64,000 nt of DNA. Origin: Oceanispirochaeta sp. GTDB lineage: Bacteria > Spirochaetota > Spirochaetia > DSM-2461. The position numbers were made by a program, and so were the translations under genes. This document shows positions 20,073-28,751 of this stretch, piece after piece. Where the stretch lies: the NCBI GenBank assembly GCA_963663385.2, contig CAXXXD010000003.1:352001-416000 (forward strand). The letters run 5' to 3'. Position 1 is the first letter of the stretch, and the number at the start of each line of letters is the position of its first letter. The notes below the pieces were generated by a model that saw only the letters and a list, made by a program, of their open reading frames with translations, was not told the origin of the DNA and did not search any database.

Positions 20073-21254
20073 TCACCCCCGGGAGCCCATCCTTTCCAGA
20101 AGAAAACAGGTTTTCAGAAGAAACAGAGGCAGGTGATAGGTTCCTTTAGCAGAGTTTCCTTTCAGATCCATCTGCACCGATCCGTCCCGTCTTAAAAAGC
20201 CGAACCACTCTTTCTTCTTTTTATCCGGAAACACCTCCCATGTATATTCCTGAACTGTTTCGAACCAGGTTTCATAAAGAGGATTTCCGGTCAGGTAAAA
20301 GGCAAGAAGCAGAGCGTATGTCCCGTGGCAGTGAACCTTCCAGATCTTCATATCCCAATCCAGCCTGTCCGGCTGACAGCCTCTGCTATCAACAAAGGAG
20401 TAAAATCCCTTTTCCTCGCTATCCCAGCCCAGCTGTAAGGCCGTGTCAAGCAGCGGAAGGAGGCGGTCCATCAATGCGTGATCATTGTTCCGTTCAGCTT
20501 CTTCCATAAGTATCCATATTATCTCGAAAGTTAAGGCCAGATTAATACAGTGGTCATTGGGGCCTTCCTGGATCTCTCCGGACAGGCTGACCCTGTTCAG
20601 GATGATACGACCCTCTTCTTTGACAAAATCCCGGAAGAGTTCCTCTACCAGTTCATCAAGCTGTTTCTCATAGTGTTCCCGGTTGTCCGTATCATACTTT
20701 CTGAGCACAAAGCAGAGATTCAGAAAGCCGCATAGGTGCGACAGGGTTTTTACATGACGATAATCCTCAAAGGAGGAATCAGGCTGTTCTTCTGATGAAC
20801 GGAGAACCAATGCGTAGAGCTCCCTTGCTTCTTCCAGGGCTTTGTGATCTCCCGAAACGGCGGAATAAGCGGCCATCCCCATGGCAGCTGAACACAGGGC
20901 TTTCCCGCTGCTTTTCTGTCTCAGGGCTTTTCCCGCTCTGCTGGTTTCTGCATACAGTTTCCCATCTCCGGGGCGCCGGAAATGCTCTCTGATAAAATCT
21001 ACAGCCGAACCGGCTCCCTGGAGCCACTCTTTTCTCTCTTCCAGCTCTCCGGTTAATATCGAAAAGAGCCAGGCAGCTTTCCCCTGAGACTCTCCCCTTT
21101 TATCATCAGAGAGAGGGGTGCCGGTTCTGGACAGGTAGGTATAAAAACCGCCTTCCTCAGCGTCCATTCCGTGAGAAAGCCAGAAAGGAACGATGTCCGT
21201 CAGCAGCTCATTGCAGTAAAAATTCTTCAGTTCCCGCACTCTGTATGGATTCAT
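20073..21254 (-). CDS. N-acylglucosamine 2-epimerase (AGE)-family protein with degenerate active site
   Basis: IVPFWL..G.D.EEGGFYTYL, GWDSEEKGF, LDWDMK.W, EWFGFLRRDG, KG.YH. Confidence 0.85.
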   Translation of the reverse strand: MNPYRVRELKNFYCNELLTDIVPFWLSHGMDAEEGGFYTYLSRTGTPLSDDKRGESQGKAAWLFSILTGELEERKEWLQGAGSAVDFIREHFRRPGDGKLYAETSRAGKALRQKSSGKALCSAAMGMAAYSAVSGDHKALEEARELYALVLRSSEEQPDSSFEDYRHVKTLSHLCGFLNLCFVLRKYDTDNREHYEKQLDELVEELFRDFVKEEGRIILNRVSLSGEIQEGPNDHCINLALTFEIIWILMEEAERNNDHALMDRLLPLLDTALQLGWDSEEKGFYSFVDSRGCQPDRLDWDMKIWKVHCHGTYALLLAFYLTGNPLYETWFETVQEYTWEVFPDKKKKEWFGFLRRDGSVQMDLKGNSAKGTYHLPLFLLKTCFLLERMGSRG

Positions 21255-21269
21255 GGAATATATCCTGTC

Positions 21270-21935
21270 CTAATCAATATCTTCGATGGTAATTTCCGTA
21301 TACTGATACTCCAGTTCCGGATCCAGGGTCAGGCTGAAGGAATAGGTATCCCCCTCCGTATCAACGCCCTGAATATCATAATCCACTTCCGCATTGGACC
21401 GGAAGAGGAGTACCGAAAGGGACTCATCCTCAAGCAGTGTTGTTTCGCTGTCCATAAAATCGATTCCGTATATCTGTGAATCCGAGGGCGAAATAAACAT
21501 ATAGTAGAGTTCAAATCCCGTATGGTTGCTGATTTCCAGGGAGATCAGGCTGGATTCCAGTTCGTCCAGGTCCCAGAAGTCGGTAATATAGGAATCATTG
21601 ATTACAATGCGGGCTTCCTCATCATCATTGATTTCCATATCATACAGTTCATACATATTTCCATCCTCGTCTACAGCCATAAAGTCAAAGGTAGCCGAGT
21701 ATTCGGGGTAGGAAATGAAAAACTCAACTGATTCACCGGCATAAAGGGTTCTGGTATCTCCCAGAACATCCGGTCCCCAGTATTCACTGTCTCCGGGCGA
21801 GAAGAAGAGGTAGCAGATCTCTTTGCCTGTCTTGTTCCTGAATTCTATCAGATTGTAACGGGACTCCTGAGCGCACAGAATGGAGGACACTGTAAAAAAC
21901 AGAAACAGCAGAAGGGCTTTCTTTTTCATCATCAT
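21270..21935 (-). CDS. Secreted acidic protein with two tandem beta-rich repeats
   Basis: Signal peptide MKKKALLLFLFF; repeats NKTGKEICYLFFSPGDSEYWGPD / NHTGFELYYMFISPSDSQIYGID. Confidence 0.8.
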   Translation of the reverse strand: MMMKKKALLLFLFFTVSSILCAQESRYNLIEFRNKTGKEICYLFFSPGDSEYWGPDVLGDTRTLYAGESVEFFISYPEYSATFDFMAVDEDGNMYELYDMEINDDEEARIVINDSYITDFWDLDELESSLISLEISNHTGFELYYMFISPSDSQIYGIDFMDSETTLLEDESLSVLLFRSNAEVDYDIQGVDTEGDTYSFSLTLDPELEYQYTEITIEDID

Positions 21936-22930
21936 TCACCTTTATCGAGTATCCGGTCTATCTCCTTCAGTTCTTCTCCGGTAAAATTCAGGTTATTCAG
22001 GGCTTTCACACTGTCTTCCAGCTGGCTGACCCTGCTGGCTCCCACCAGAACGGATGTTACCTCGGGAATCCGCAGGTTCCAGGCTATAGCCATCTGCGCA
22101 AGAGACTGGTCCCTTTTTTCGGCCAGTGCATCCAGGTCGTTGAGCATTTTTACAAGCTTGACCGTAATGGTCTCTTTTTGCAGAAAACCGTGTTCCTTGG
22201 CCGCACGTGAGTCTTCGGGAATCTCTTTCAGGTATTTGTCGGTCAGAAGCCCCTGTGCCAGGGGAGAGAAGACGATACTGCCGATCTTTTCTTCCCGCAG
22301 GACATCAGTCAGTCCCTCTTCGGGTGTTCGGTTCAGCATGGAATACTTCGGCTGATGGATCAGGCAGGGGGTCCCCAGAGATTTCAAAATGGCGGCCGCC
22401 TGTCTAGTCTGCTCCGGGTTGTAGTTGGATAGGCCCGCATAGAGAGCTTTTCCGCTGCGAACAGCCGTATCAAGAGCACCCATTGTTTCTTCCATCGGAG
22501 TTTCCGGATCGGGCCTGTGGGAGTAGAAAATATCCACATACTCAAGTCCCATGCGCTTCAGGCTCTGATTCAGACTGCTAATCATATATTTACGGCTTCC
22601 GAAATCCCCATAGGGACCGGGCCACATGGTGTATCCTGCTTTAGAGGATATGATCATTTCATCCCGGTAGGGAACAAAGTGCTTTTTCAGAATTTTACCA
22701 AAGTTCTCTTCTGCAGATCCCGGAGGAGGACCGTAGTTGTTGGCCAGATCAAAATGGGTTATTCCAAGGTCGAAAGCCCGGATTATGAGGCTTTCCATTA
22801 TTTCAAAACTGTCTACATTCCCAAAGTTGTGCCACAAACCCAGGGATAAGGCCGGCAGTTTAAGACCGCTGGCGCCGCATCTGTTGTATATCATGTTTTG
22901 ATAACGGGAATCGGAAGGTTTAAAATGCAT
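21932..22930 (-). CDS. Aldo/keto reductase, YghZ/Gpr (L-glyceraldehyde-3-phosphate reductase) type
   Basis: CGASGLKLPALSLGLWHNFG, FDLANNYGPPPGSAE, MWPGPYG; ATG 22930 after GGAGGA. Confidence 0.92.
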   Translation of the reverse strand: MHFKPSDSRYQNMIYNRCGASGLKLPALSLGLWHNFGNVDSFEIMESLIIRAFDLGITHFDLANNYGPPPGSAEENFGKILKKHFVPYRDEMIISSKAGYTMWPGPYGDFGSRKYMISSLNQSLKRMGLEYVDIFYSHRPDPETPMEETMGALDTAVRSGKALYAGLSNYNPEQTRQAAAILKSLGTPCLIHQPKYSMLNRTPEEGLTDVLREEKIGSIVFSPLAQGLLTDKYLKEIPEDSRAAKEHGFLQKETITVKLVKMLNDLDALAEKRDQSLAQMAIAWNLRIPEVTSVLVGASRVSQLEDSVKALNNLNFTGEELKEIDRILDKGE

Positions 22931-23021
22931 AAGCTTTCCTCCATTTTTACAATTCATACTAAGGGTTTTTATCTCAAATAGCAAATCATTGATTTTGGAA
23001 GAGGCCAGCCCGGGAGGTGGA

Positions 23022-23579
23022 TTATCCCTGAAACAGTATCCGGATACCTATTAGAACCAGAACGGCTCCCCCGACCGTTTCCATCCTTTCCCCGAAGATA
23101 TGACTCAGCTTATGTCCTGTCCTTACGCCCGCATAGGATATGACAAAGGTTGTTAAACCGATAACAGCCGCGGATGACAGGATAGGGTAGTTTAAAAAGG
23201 AGAAGCTGATCCCTACTGCCAGGGCGTCAATACTGGTAGCAACAGCCAGGATAAGCAGGTTTTTAATATGGAACACATCTTCAGGATCCCTGCACTCTCT
23301 ATCGGGGTGGAAACTCTCCCATATCATTTTGATACCGATAAAGCCAAGAAGGATAAAGGCGATCCAGTGGTTCAGGGATTCAATCCAGTCAGCCTGAAGG
23401 AAGCTGACCCCGAACCAGCCGATAAGGGGCATGGCAGCCTGAAATATACCGAAAAGGGCTGCTGTCAGCAGACAGTGGGAGTGTACAAAATCATCCATGG
23501 TACAGCCGCAGGAGAGGGATGCGGCAAAAGCATCCATGGAAAGGGCAACAGCGATCACTAAAAGGGTTGGGAAATCCAT
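23022..23579 (-). CDS. mntP: Manganese efflux pump MntP
   Basis: ALSMDAFA and ATSIDALAVG duplicated motifs; about 6 TM segments. Confidence 0.92.
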   Translation of the reverse strand: MDFPTLLVIAVALSMDAFAASLSCGCTMDDFVHSHCLLTAALFGIFQAAMPLIGWFGVSFLQADWIESLNHWIAFILLGFIGIKMIWESFHPDRECRDPEDVFHIKNLLILAVATSIDALAVGISFSFLNYPILSSAAVIGLTTFVISYAGVRTGHKLSHIFGERMETVGGAVLVLIGIRILFQG

Positions 23580-23599
23580 CAGTCCTCCTTGGGATAACC

Positions 23600-23628
23600 A
23601 GTATAAAGTCTGTTAAAATCCTTGGCAA
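23600..23628 (-). promoter_or_regulatory. Sigma70 promoter of mntP
   Basis: Minus-strand TTGCCA-17 bp-TATACT, just upstream of the AAGGAGG RBS. Confidence 0.7.
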
Positions 23629-23659
23629 CTCGGCTTCCGGGGTGATTCTTCAATTATGA

Positions 23660-23710
23660 TTGACAGAGAGGAAAATCAGTTATAGTATTTATTCATTCAA
23701 TGAATTAAAT
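23660..23710 (+). promoter_or_regulatory. Sigma70 promoter with AT-rich dyad (candidate ROK operator)
   Basis: TTGACA(23660)-17 bp-TAGTAT(23683); ATTCATT-C-AATGAAT palindrome at 23691-23705. Confidence 0.65.
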
Positions 23711-23722
23711 AAGGAGAAAGAG

Positions 23723-25027
23723 ATGAAACGAGTAGCTCTTTTATGTTTGAGTGTCTGCTTAATGGGAGTACCGGTTTTCGCCGGAGGATCACAGGAAGCA
23801 GTGGAAGACAATGGTCCTGTTACTTTAACTACCTATTTTCAGGTCGATCCCGCCAACCCCCAGTCGGAAGGGTACAATCAGACGATGGCCGCTTTCGAAG
23901 AAGCCAACCCCGACATCAAAATGGATTATGAGTATGCCACAGGAGAAGCTTTTCACCAGAAATTCCAGGCCATGGCAGCCTCCCGTCAGATGCCGGATGT
24001 ATTTACCACATATGTTGGAAAGAGAACTGCTTATATCACCGAAACCGGTATGGTTCTTGATCTGAGATCCTACCTGACAGACGACTTTAAATCTTCCTTC
24101 AATCCCGCTGCATGGGAAGCTCAGGGAGCTGATGGTGAGATCTATACAATTCCGCCCTCAATGGCAGTCTGTCATGTTTTCTACGGAAACAGTCTGATCC
24201 TTGACGAATTGGGACTGGACTTCGCCTCCACTTATGAAGAACTTCTGGCTCAGGCCGATAAAATCCGCAATGCCGGTTACTATCCCGTTTCCATGGGAAA
24301 CAAAGACCAGTGGGTTGTAAACTCCTGGCTTCTCAGTGCCCTCGTAGACCGTACTGGCGGAAAAGAGTGGTTCCGAAAAGCCATGACCGGAAAGGCTTCC
24401 TTTACGGATGCTCCGTTTGTCAAAGCTCTTGATATTGTTGATGAGATGACTAAAAAGAACATTTTCTCTCCCGGTGTAAATCAGATGTCCAACACCGAAG
24501 CGGACCAGGAATTCTATCAGCAGAAATCTGCCTATCTGATCGATGCCGGATGGAGAACTTCCGCCATGATCAGCATTCTGACTCCCGAGCAGCAGGATGC
24601 TGTGGAAATGGGCGTTTTTCCCGCCATTAACGGTGAGGTTTCTCCGGGTTCCAGCGCTGCTGTACCGTCAGAAGGTTTCGGAATCAGCGCCAAACTGGAA
24701 GGAACAGCCAAAGCGGATGCCGCATGGGCACTGCTGAAGTTCTATAATGGCGCCGAAGGCGCTGCCATCAGACTGAAATACGGTGAAATCCCCACATATA
24801 AACTCAATTATGCCGACTTTGATATGCCCGGTCTGCAGAAAAAGTATGCCGAGTTCTCAACATCAAAACCCATGGGTTACATCATCGATGCCAAGATGGA
24901 CGGTGAAGGGATGGGACTCCTCAACCCCGAAATCCAGGCTATGATGTTCGGTCAATTGACTCCTGCGGAAGTCGCCGCCCACTATGAAGAATGGGTAGCC
25001 GCTAACGATTCCAACAGAGGAAATTAA
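23723..25027 (+). CDS. Carbohydrate ABC substrate-binding protein
   Basis: ATG after AAGGAG; signal peptide ending VFAGGSQE; AFEEANPDIK; followed by two permeases. Confidence 0.9.
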   Translation: MKRVALLCLSVCLMGVPVFAGGSQEAVEDNGPVTLTTYFQVDPANPQSEGYNQTMAAFEEANPDIKMDYEYATGEAFHQKFQAMAASRQMPDVFTTYVGKRTAYITETGMVLDLRSYLTDDFKSSFNPAAWEAQGADGEIYTIPPSMAVCHVFYGNSLILDELGLDFASTYEELLAQADKIRNAGYYPVSMGNKDQWVVNSWLLSALVDRTGGKEWFRKAMTGKASFTDAPFVKALDIVDEMTKKNIFSPGVNQMSNTEADQEFYQQKSAYLIDAGWRTSAMISILTPEQQDAVEMGVFPAINGEVSPGSSAAVPSEGFGISAKLEGTAKADAAWALLKFYNGAEGAAIRLKYGEIPTYKLNYADFDMPGLQKKYAEFSTSKPMGYIIDAKMDGEGMGLLNPEIQAMMFGQLTPAEVAAHYEEWVAANDSNRGN

Positions 25028-25084
25028 AAAATTACAGTTTCCGGCTCCGTTCCTTCAGGGATGGCGCCGGAAAAGGATACTATC

Positions 25085-25972
25085 GTGATTGAATCAAGAC
25101 ATAAGAAAATCAGTTATTACATCCTGCTCTATCCGGCGTTTCTGGTTTTTGTTTCTGTAATCCTGTTTCCGATTGTTGTCAGTTTCGGACTTGGTTTTAC
25201 AAAATGGAAACACTTTCGCCTGGTAGGATTCGTCGGACTGGATAACTATCTGAATATTTTCAAAGATCCTGTTTTTCTGCAGGCCCTGTGGCACAATGTG
25301 GAAATAATGCTTATCTCTGTGCTGGGGCAGATCCCTCTGGGAATCATCCTGGCCTATATTCTGTATCGCAAACTGGTTAAGGGAACGAAGTTCTTCGAAA
25401 TGATGATCTTCCTGCCCATTACCATCTCATCAGTTGTCGTAGCGCTCCTCTGGAACAGGATCTTCTCTCCTGTAGGAATCTATACAAGTCTTGTCCGTTC
25501 CCTGACTGCCAATCCGGATTATGTTGTACGGATTTTTGAGGATCCCGATCTGGCCATGATACCCATTCTGTTTGTGCTCCTCTGGATGCATACCAGTTTG
25601 TATATGGTCATGTTTCTGGCCAATATGCAGAGGCTGCCGAAATCCATGATGGAAGCGGCTGTTATTGACGGGGCGGGAGAGCTGAAAATATTTTTCCGGC
25701 TGGTAGTGCCTGCTCTTGCCAGTGTTATCTTTACCAGTTCGATCTTTGCCATATCGGGCAGTTTGAAGAGTTTCGATCTGGTGTATGCCATGACAGGAGG
25801 CGGTCCGGTCCACTATACATCGGTTATGTCCATTTACCTGTATAAACATACTTTTACCTACAATAATTACGGATACGGCAGTGCTGTTTCCGTTATCATA
25901 GTAGCCCTGAGTGTCGGGCTGATTCTACTTACCCGTTCCGCATACGAACGGTATCAGAGGAACCATGAATAA
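25085..25972 (+). CDS. Carbohydrate ABC permease (MalF-like)
   Basis: FVGLDNY; EAAVIDGA; MTGGGP; start uncertain (GTG 25085 or ATG 25061). Confidence 0.9.
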   Translation: MIESRHKKISYYILLYPAFLVFVSVILFPIVVSFGLGFTKWKHFRLVGFVGLDNYLNIFKDPVFLQALWHNVEIMLISVLGQIPLGIILAYILYRKLVKGTKFFEMMIFLPITISSVVVALLWNRIFSPVGIYTSLVRSLTANPDYVVRIFEDPDLAMIPILFVLLWMHTSLYMVMFLANMQRLPKSMMEAAVIDGAGELKIFFRLVVPALASVIFTSSIFAISGSLKSFDLVYAMTGGGPVHYTSVMSIYLYKHTFTYNNYGYGSAVSVIIVALSVGLILLTRSAYERYQRNHE

Positions 25973-26819
25973 GATATTTCAACTGGATGAAAACAGAATA
26001 TCCCCGGGAACGAAAATCGGTGCTTACACCTTCCTGCTGGCGTTTACTTTTATCACCCTGATGCCGCTGGTTTGGCTGATATACTCTTCTTTCAAGCTGC
26101 AGGGTGAGATTATGCTGTTTCCTCTTGGACTCCCGAAAGATCCGACTGTTCAGAACTACAGGGATGCCTGGGGCCTGGGAAATATGGGAATGGCCGGCAT
26201 AAACAGTATCTATTATACCTCTGTTGCCACATTCCTCACCATTATGCTTTCACTGGCAGCCGGTTTTTCACTGACGAAGTTCGGGTATAAGTCTGCAAAG
26301 GTGTACTATTCTATTTTTACACTGGGGCTGCTTATAACGGTAAACTCCGTAATTGCGCCCCTGTTTATACTGGAAACCAATCTGGGGCTGTATAACACCC
26401 GTTGGGGAGTCATTCTGCCCTATATCGCGTTCGGTCTGCCCATGGCTATTCTGCTTGCTGCTTCCTATATCAGGGGGGTCCCCGATTCCCTTATTGAAGC
26501 GGCTGTAATTGACGGCGCTACCTATATGCAGATCTTTCAGCGGATAATCATCATTATAAGCTCTCCCGTACTGGCAACCATTGCCGTACTGACTTTTCTG
26601 CGGAACTGGAACGAGTTCATCCTTGTGTTCATCCTTACTTCCGGTGAAAATATGAGAAGCCTTCCCGTGTCGATCAATGCCTTTGCGGGCCGTTTGAATG
26701 TAAATTACGGCATGCAGTTTGCCGCGCTTGTAATCGGTACGCTGCCAATGATCCTCTTTTATATAATGGCCCACAATTTACTGATTAAAGGATTTGGAGA
26801 AGGGGCGCTGAAAGAGTAA
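25965..26819 (+). CDS. Carbohydrate ABC permease (MalG-like)
   Basis: EAAVIDGA; WNEF; C-terminal GFGEGALKE. Confidence 0.9.
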   Translation: MNKIFQLDENRISPGTKIGAYTFLLAFTFITLMPLVWLIYSSFKLQGEIMLFPLGLPKDPTVQNYRDAWGLGNMGMAGINSIYYTSVATFLTIMLSLAAGFSLTKFGYKSAKVYYSIFTLGLLITVNSVIAPLFILETNLGLYNTRWGVILPYIAFGLPMAILLAASYIRGVPDSLIEAAVIDGATYMQIFQRIIIIISSPVLATIAVLTFLRNWNEFILVFILTSGENMRSLPVSINAFAGRLNVNYGMQFAALVIGTLPMILFYIMAHNLLIKGFGEGALKE

Positions 26820-26840
26820 CCCTTTATAGGAGTATAAAAT

Positions 26841-27590
26841 ATGAATAAAAAACCGATTTTTGAAGTTTGTCTTGATTCTGTGGAATCCGCTCTGGAAGCC
26901 CAGGCCGGAGGAGCAGACAGGGTCGAGCTTTGCGATAATCTCTTTGAAGGAGGAACAACTCCCAGTGCCGGAACAATACGGCTGGCCCGGGAAAAGCTCA
27001 GCATCGGCCTTCAGGTTATCATTCGCCCCCGGGGAGGGGACTTCTGCTACAGCGATGTGGAAATGGAAGTAATGAAACAGGATGTTGTCACCGCACGGGA
27101 ACTGGGCGCCGATGGAGTCGTTATCGGAATCCTTCAACCTGACGGACGTGTGGATAAGGAACGCTGCGCCGAGCTGATCGAGCTGGCTGGAGATATGAAT
27201 GTTACCTTTCACAGGGCTTTTGACATGACCAGGGATCCTTTCGAGGCTCTGGAAGATATTATTACTCTCGGCTGCAGCAGGATCCTCACATCCGGTCAGG
27301 AAGCTACGGTGCCGGAAGGACTGGATCTTTTAAAAAAGCTGGTGCAGAAAGCGGGAGATCGTATTATTATAATGCCCGGGAACGGTATCAGCGAACGGAA
27401 TCTGGAAAAGGTTATCCGGGAAACAGGGGCATCCGAATATCATATCTATATTCATTCCCCCCGGGCAAGCGCCATGGAATTCCGGCCGGACCATATTTAT
27501 ATGGGCGGATTGCTCAGGCAGCCTGAGTTCTTTAACCAGTATACAGACCGGTCCCGGATGAACCAGATGAAAAGGATAGGTCAGCAATAA
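26841..27590 (+). CDS. cutC: CutC-family (PF03932) TIM-barrel protein
   Basis: EVC..S..SA, GADRVELC..L.EGGTTPS, IRPRGGDF, TFHRAFD, RILTSGQ. Confidence 0.93.
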   Translation: MNKKPIFEVCLDSVESALEAQAGGADRVELCDNLFEGGTTPSAGTIRLAREKLSIGLQVIIRPRGGDFCYSDVEMEVMKQDVVTARELGADGVVIGILQPDGRVDKERCAELIELAGDMNVTFHRAFDMTRDPFEALEDIITLGCSRILTSGQEATVPEGLDLLKKLVQKAGDRIIIMPGNGISERNLEKVIRETGASEYHIYIHSPRASAMEFRPDHIYMGGLLRQPEFFNQYTDRSRMNQMKRIGQQ

Positions 27591-28748
27591 GTGAAAGTCG
27601 TCGGGAACAACCGGTTCCAGAAAGCAGCCAATACAATTCTGATTCTGAATTATCTCAGGAGCCGGGGAAACTGTTCCCGTGCCCTCCTCTCCAGAAACCT
27701 GGGACTGCAGCCCTCAACGGTAACCTATATCGTCAACCGGCTGCAGGATCTGGGGCTGGTTTATGAAACCAAGGAAGCTGAGAAGTCCGGAAGCGGACGC
27801 AAACCCATTCTCCTGGCTTTAAACAGAGGGTATGGCTACAGCATCGGGTTGGACCTGCAGGCGGACTATTACAATTTCGTTGTGAGCGATCTGGGGGGGA
27901 TTACTGTCCTGACAGGATGGCGGGAACATACCGGAAGGAGTCTGTCTTTTTCTGATCTGGTTATATCCGTAATTGATGAAATTCTGGAACAGATCGACGG
28001 AAAGGTTCTTGGATTGGGACTGGCCCTGCCGGGTGTGGTTGATGCCCTTAATTCCGAAGTCGTGGACTGCTGGACCCATTCTCTGACAAACTACTCTTTT
28101 CCCGAGGAAATATCGGAACGATATGACTTTCCGATTCATCTGGAAAACGATGCCAACTGCTGTTCCTGGCACAAGCTGTGGGACGACGGAGACGACAGGG
28201 ACGACTCATTCCTATATCTGCTGACCCGTTTTCATAGAGCTGAACTGGTTCCGGAGGATATGCCTCCCGTGGGAGTCGGTCTCGGTCTTGTTCTGGAGGG
28301 GGAAGTATTCAGAGGATTCCGGCATATGGCCGGTGAATTCCGCAGTATATTCTACAGAGAACCCGGTACCGGCCAATTGTCTCTTTCCAAACAGGAACTG
28401 CAACGTGTACTTGCGGACAAAGAGGTCTTACGCCGGCTGATTGTTGAAATACTCCGGAACATTTTCTTTCTTATCCCTGTTCTCAATCCGAGAGTCATCT
28501 ATATCGGAGGGGATTTGGGGAGCCATAAGGATCTTATCCTTGATATTCTGGATAAGGAACTGAAAAACGAAGACTCCTTCAGGAAAAAGATGCTCTGCGG
28601 TCTGGAAGTTTCCGAAGACTGCGCTTTTGACAGTGCCAAAGGGGCGGCTGTTCTCTCTCAGAAACAGCTGTTTTCCATGCCCCATGTGGGAGATTCAAAG
28701 AAATCCTCCTCCTGGTACGATTTTCTGATGGGGAAAGCTGGAGAATAA
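27591..28748 (+). CDS. ROK-family transcriptional repressor
   Basis: N-terminal wHTH SRALLSRNLGLQPSTVTYIV, GRKP; ROK core GLALPGVVD, LENDAN, GFRHMAGE. Confidence 0.88.
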   Translation: MKVVGNNRFQKAANTILILNYLRSRGNCSRALLSRNLGLQPSTVTYIVNRLQDLGLVYETKEAEKSGSGRKPILLALNRGYGYSIGLDLQADYYNFVVSDLGGITVLTGWREHTGRSLSFSDLVISVIDEILEQIDGKVLGLGLALPGVVDALNSEVVDCWTHSLTNYSFPEEISERYDFPIHLENDANCCSWHKLWDDGDDRDDSFLYLLTRFHRAELVPEDMPPVGVGLGLVLEGEVFRGFRHMAGEFRSIFYREPGTGQLSLSKQELQRVLADKEVLRRLIVEILRNIFFLIPVLNPRVIYIGGDLGSHKDLILDILDKELKNEDSFRKKMLCGLEVSEDCAFDSAKGAAVLSQKQLFSMPHVGDSKKSSSWYDFLMGKAGE

Positions 28749-28751
28749 AAT

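Noticed and set aside
23580..23660. Possible yybP-ykoY Mn riboswitch upstream of mntP
   Set aside because: A good promoter sits about 20 nt from the start codon, leaving no room, and no riboswitch motif was seen
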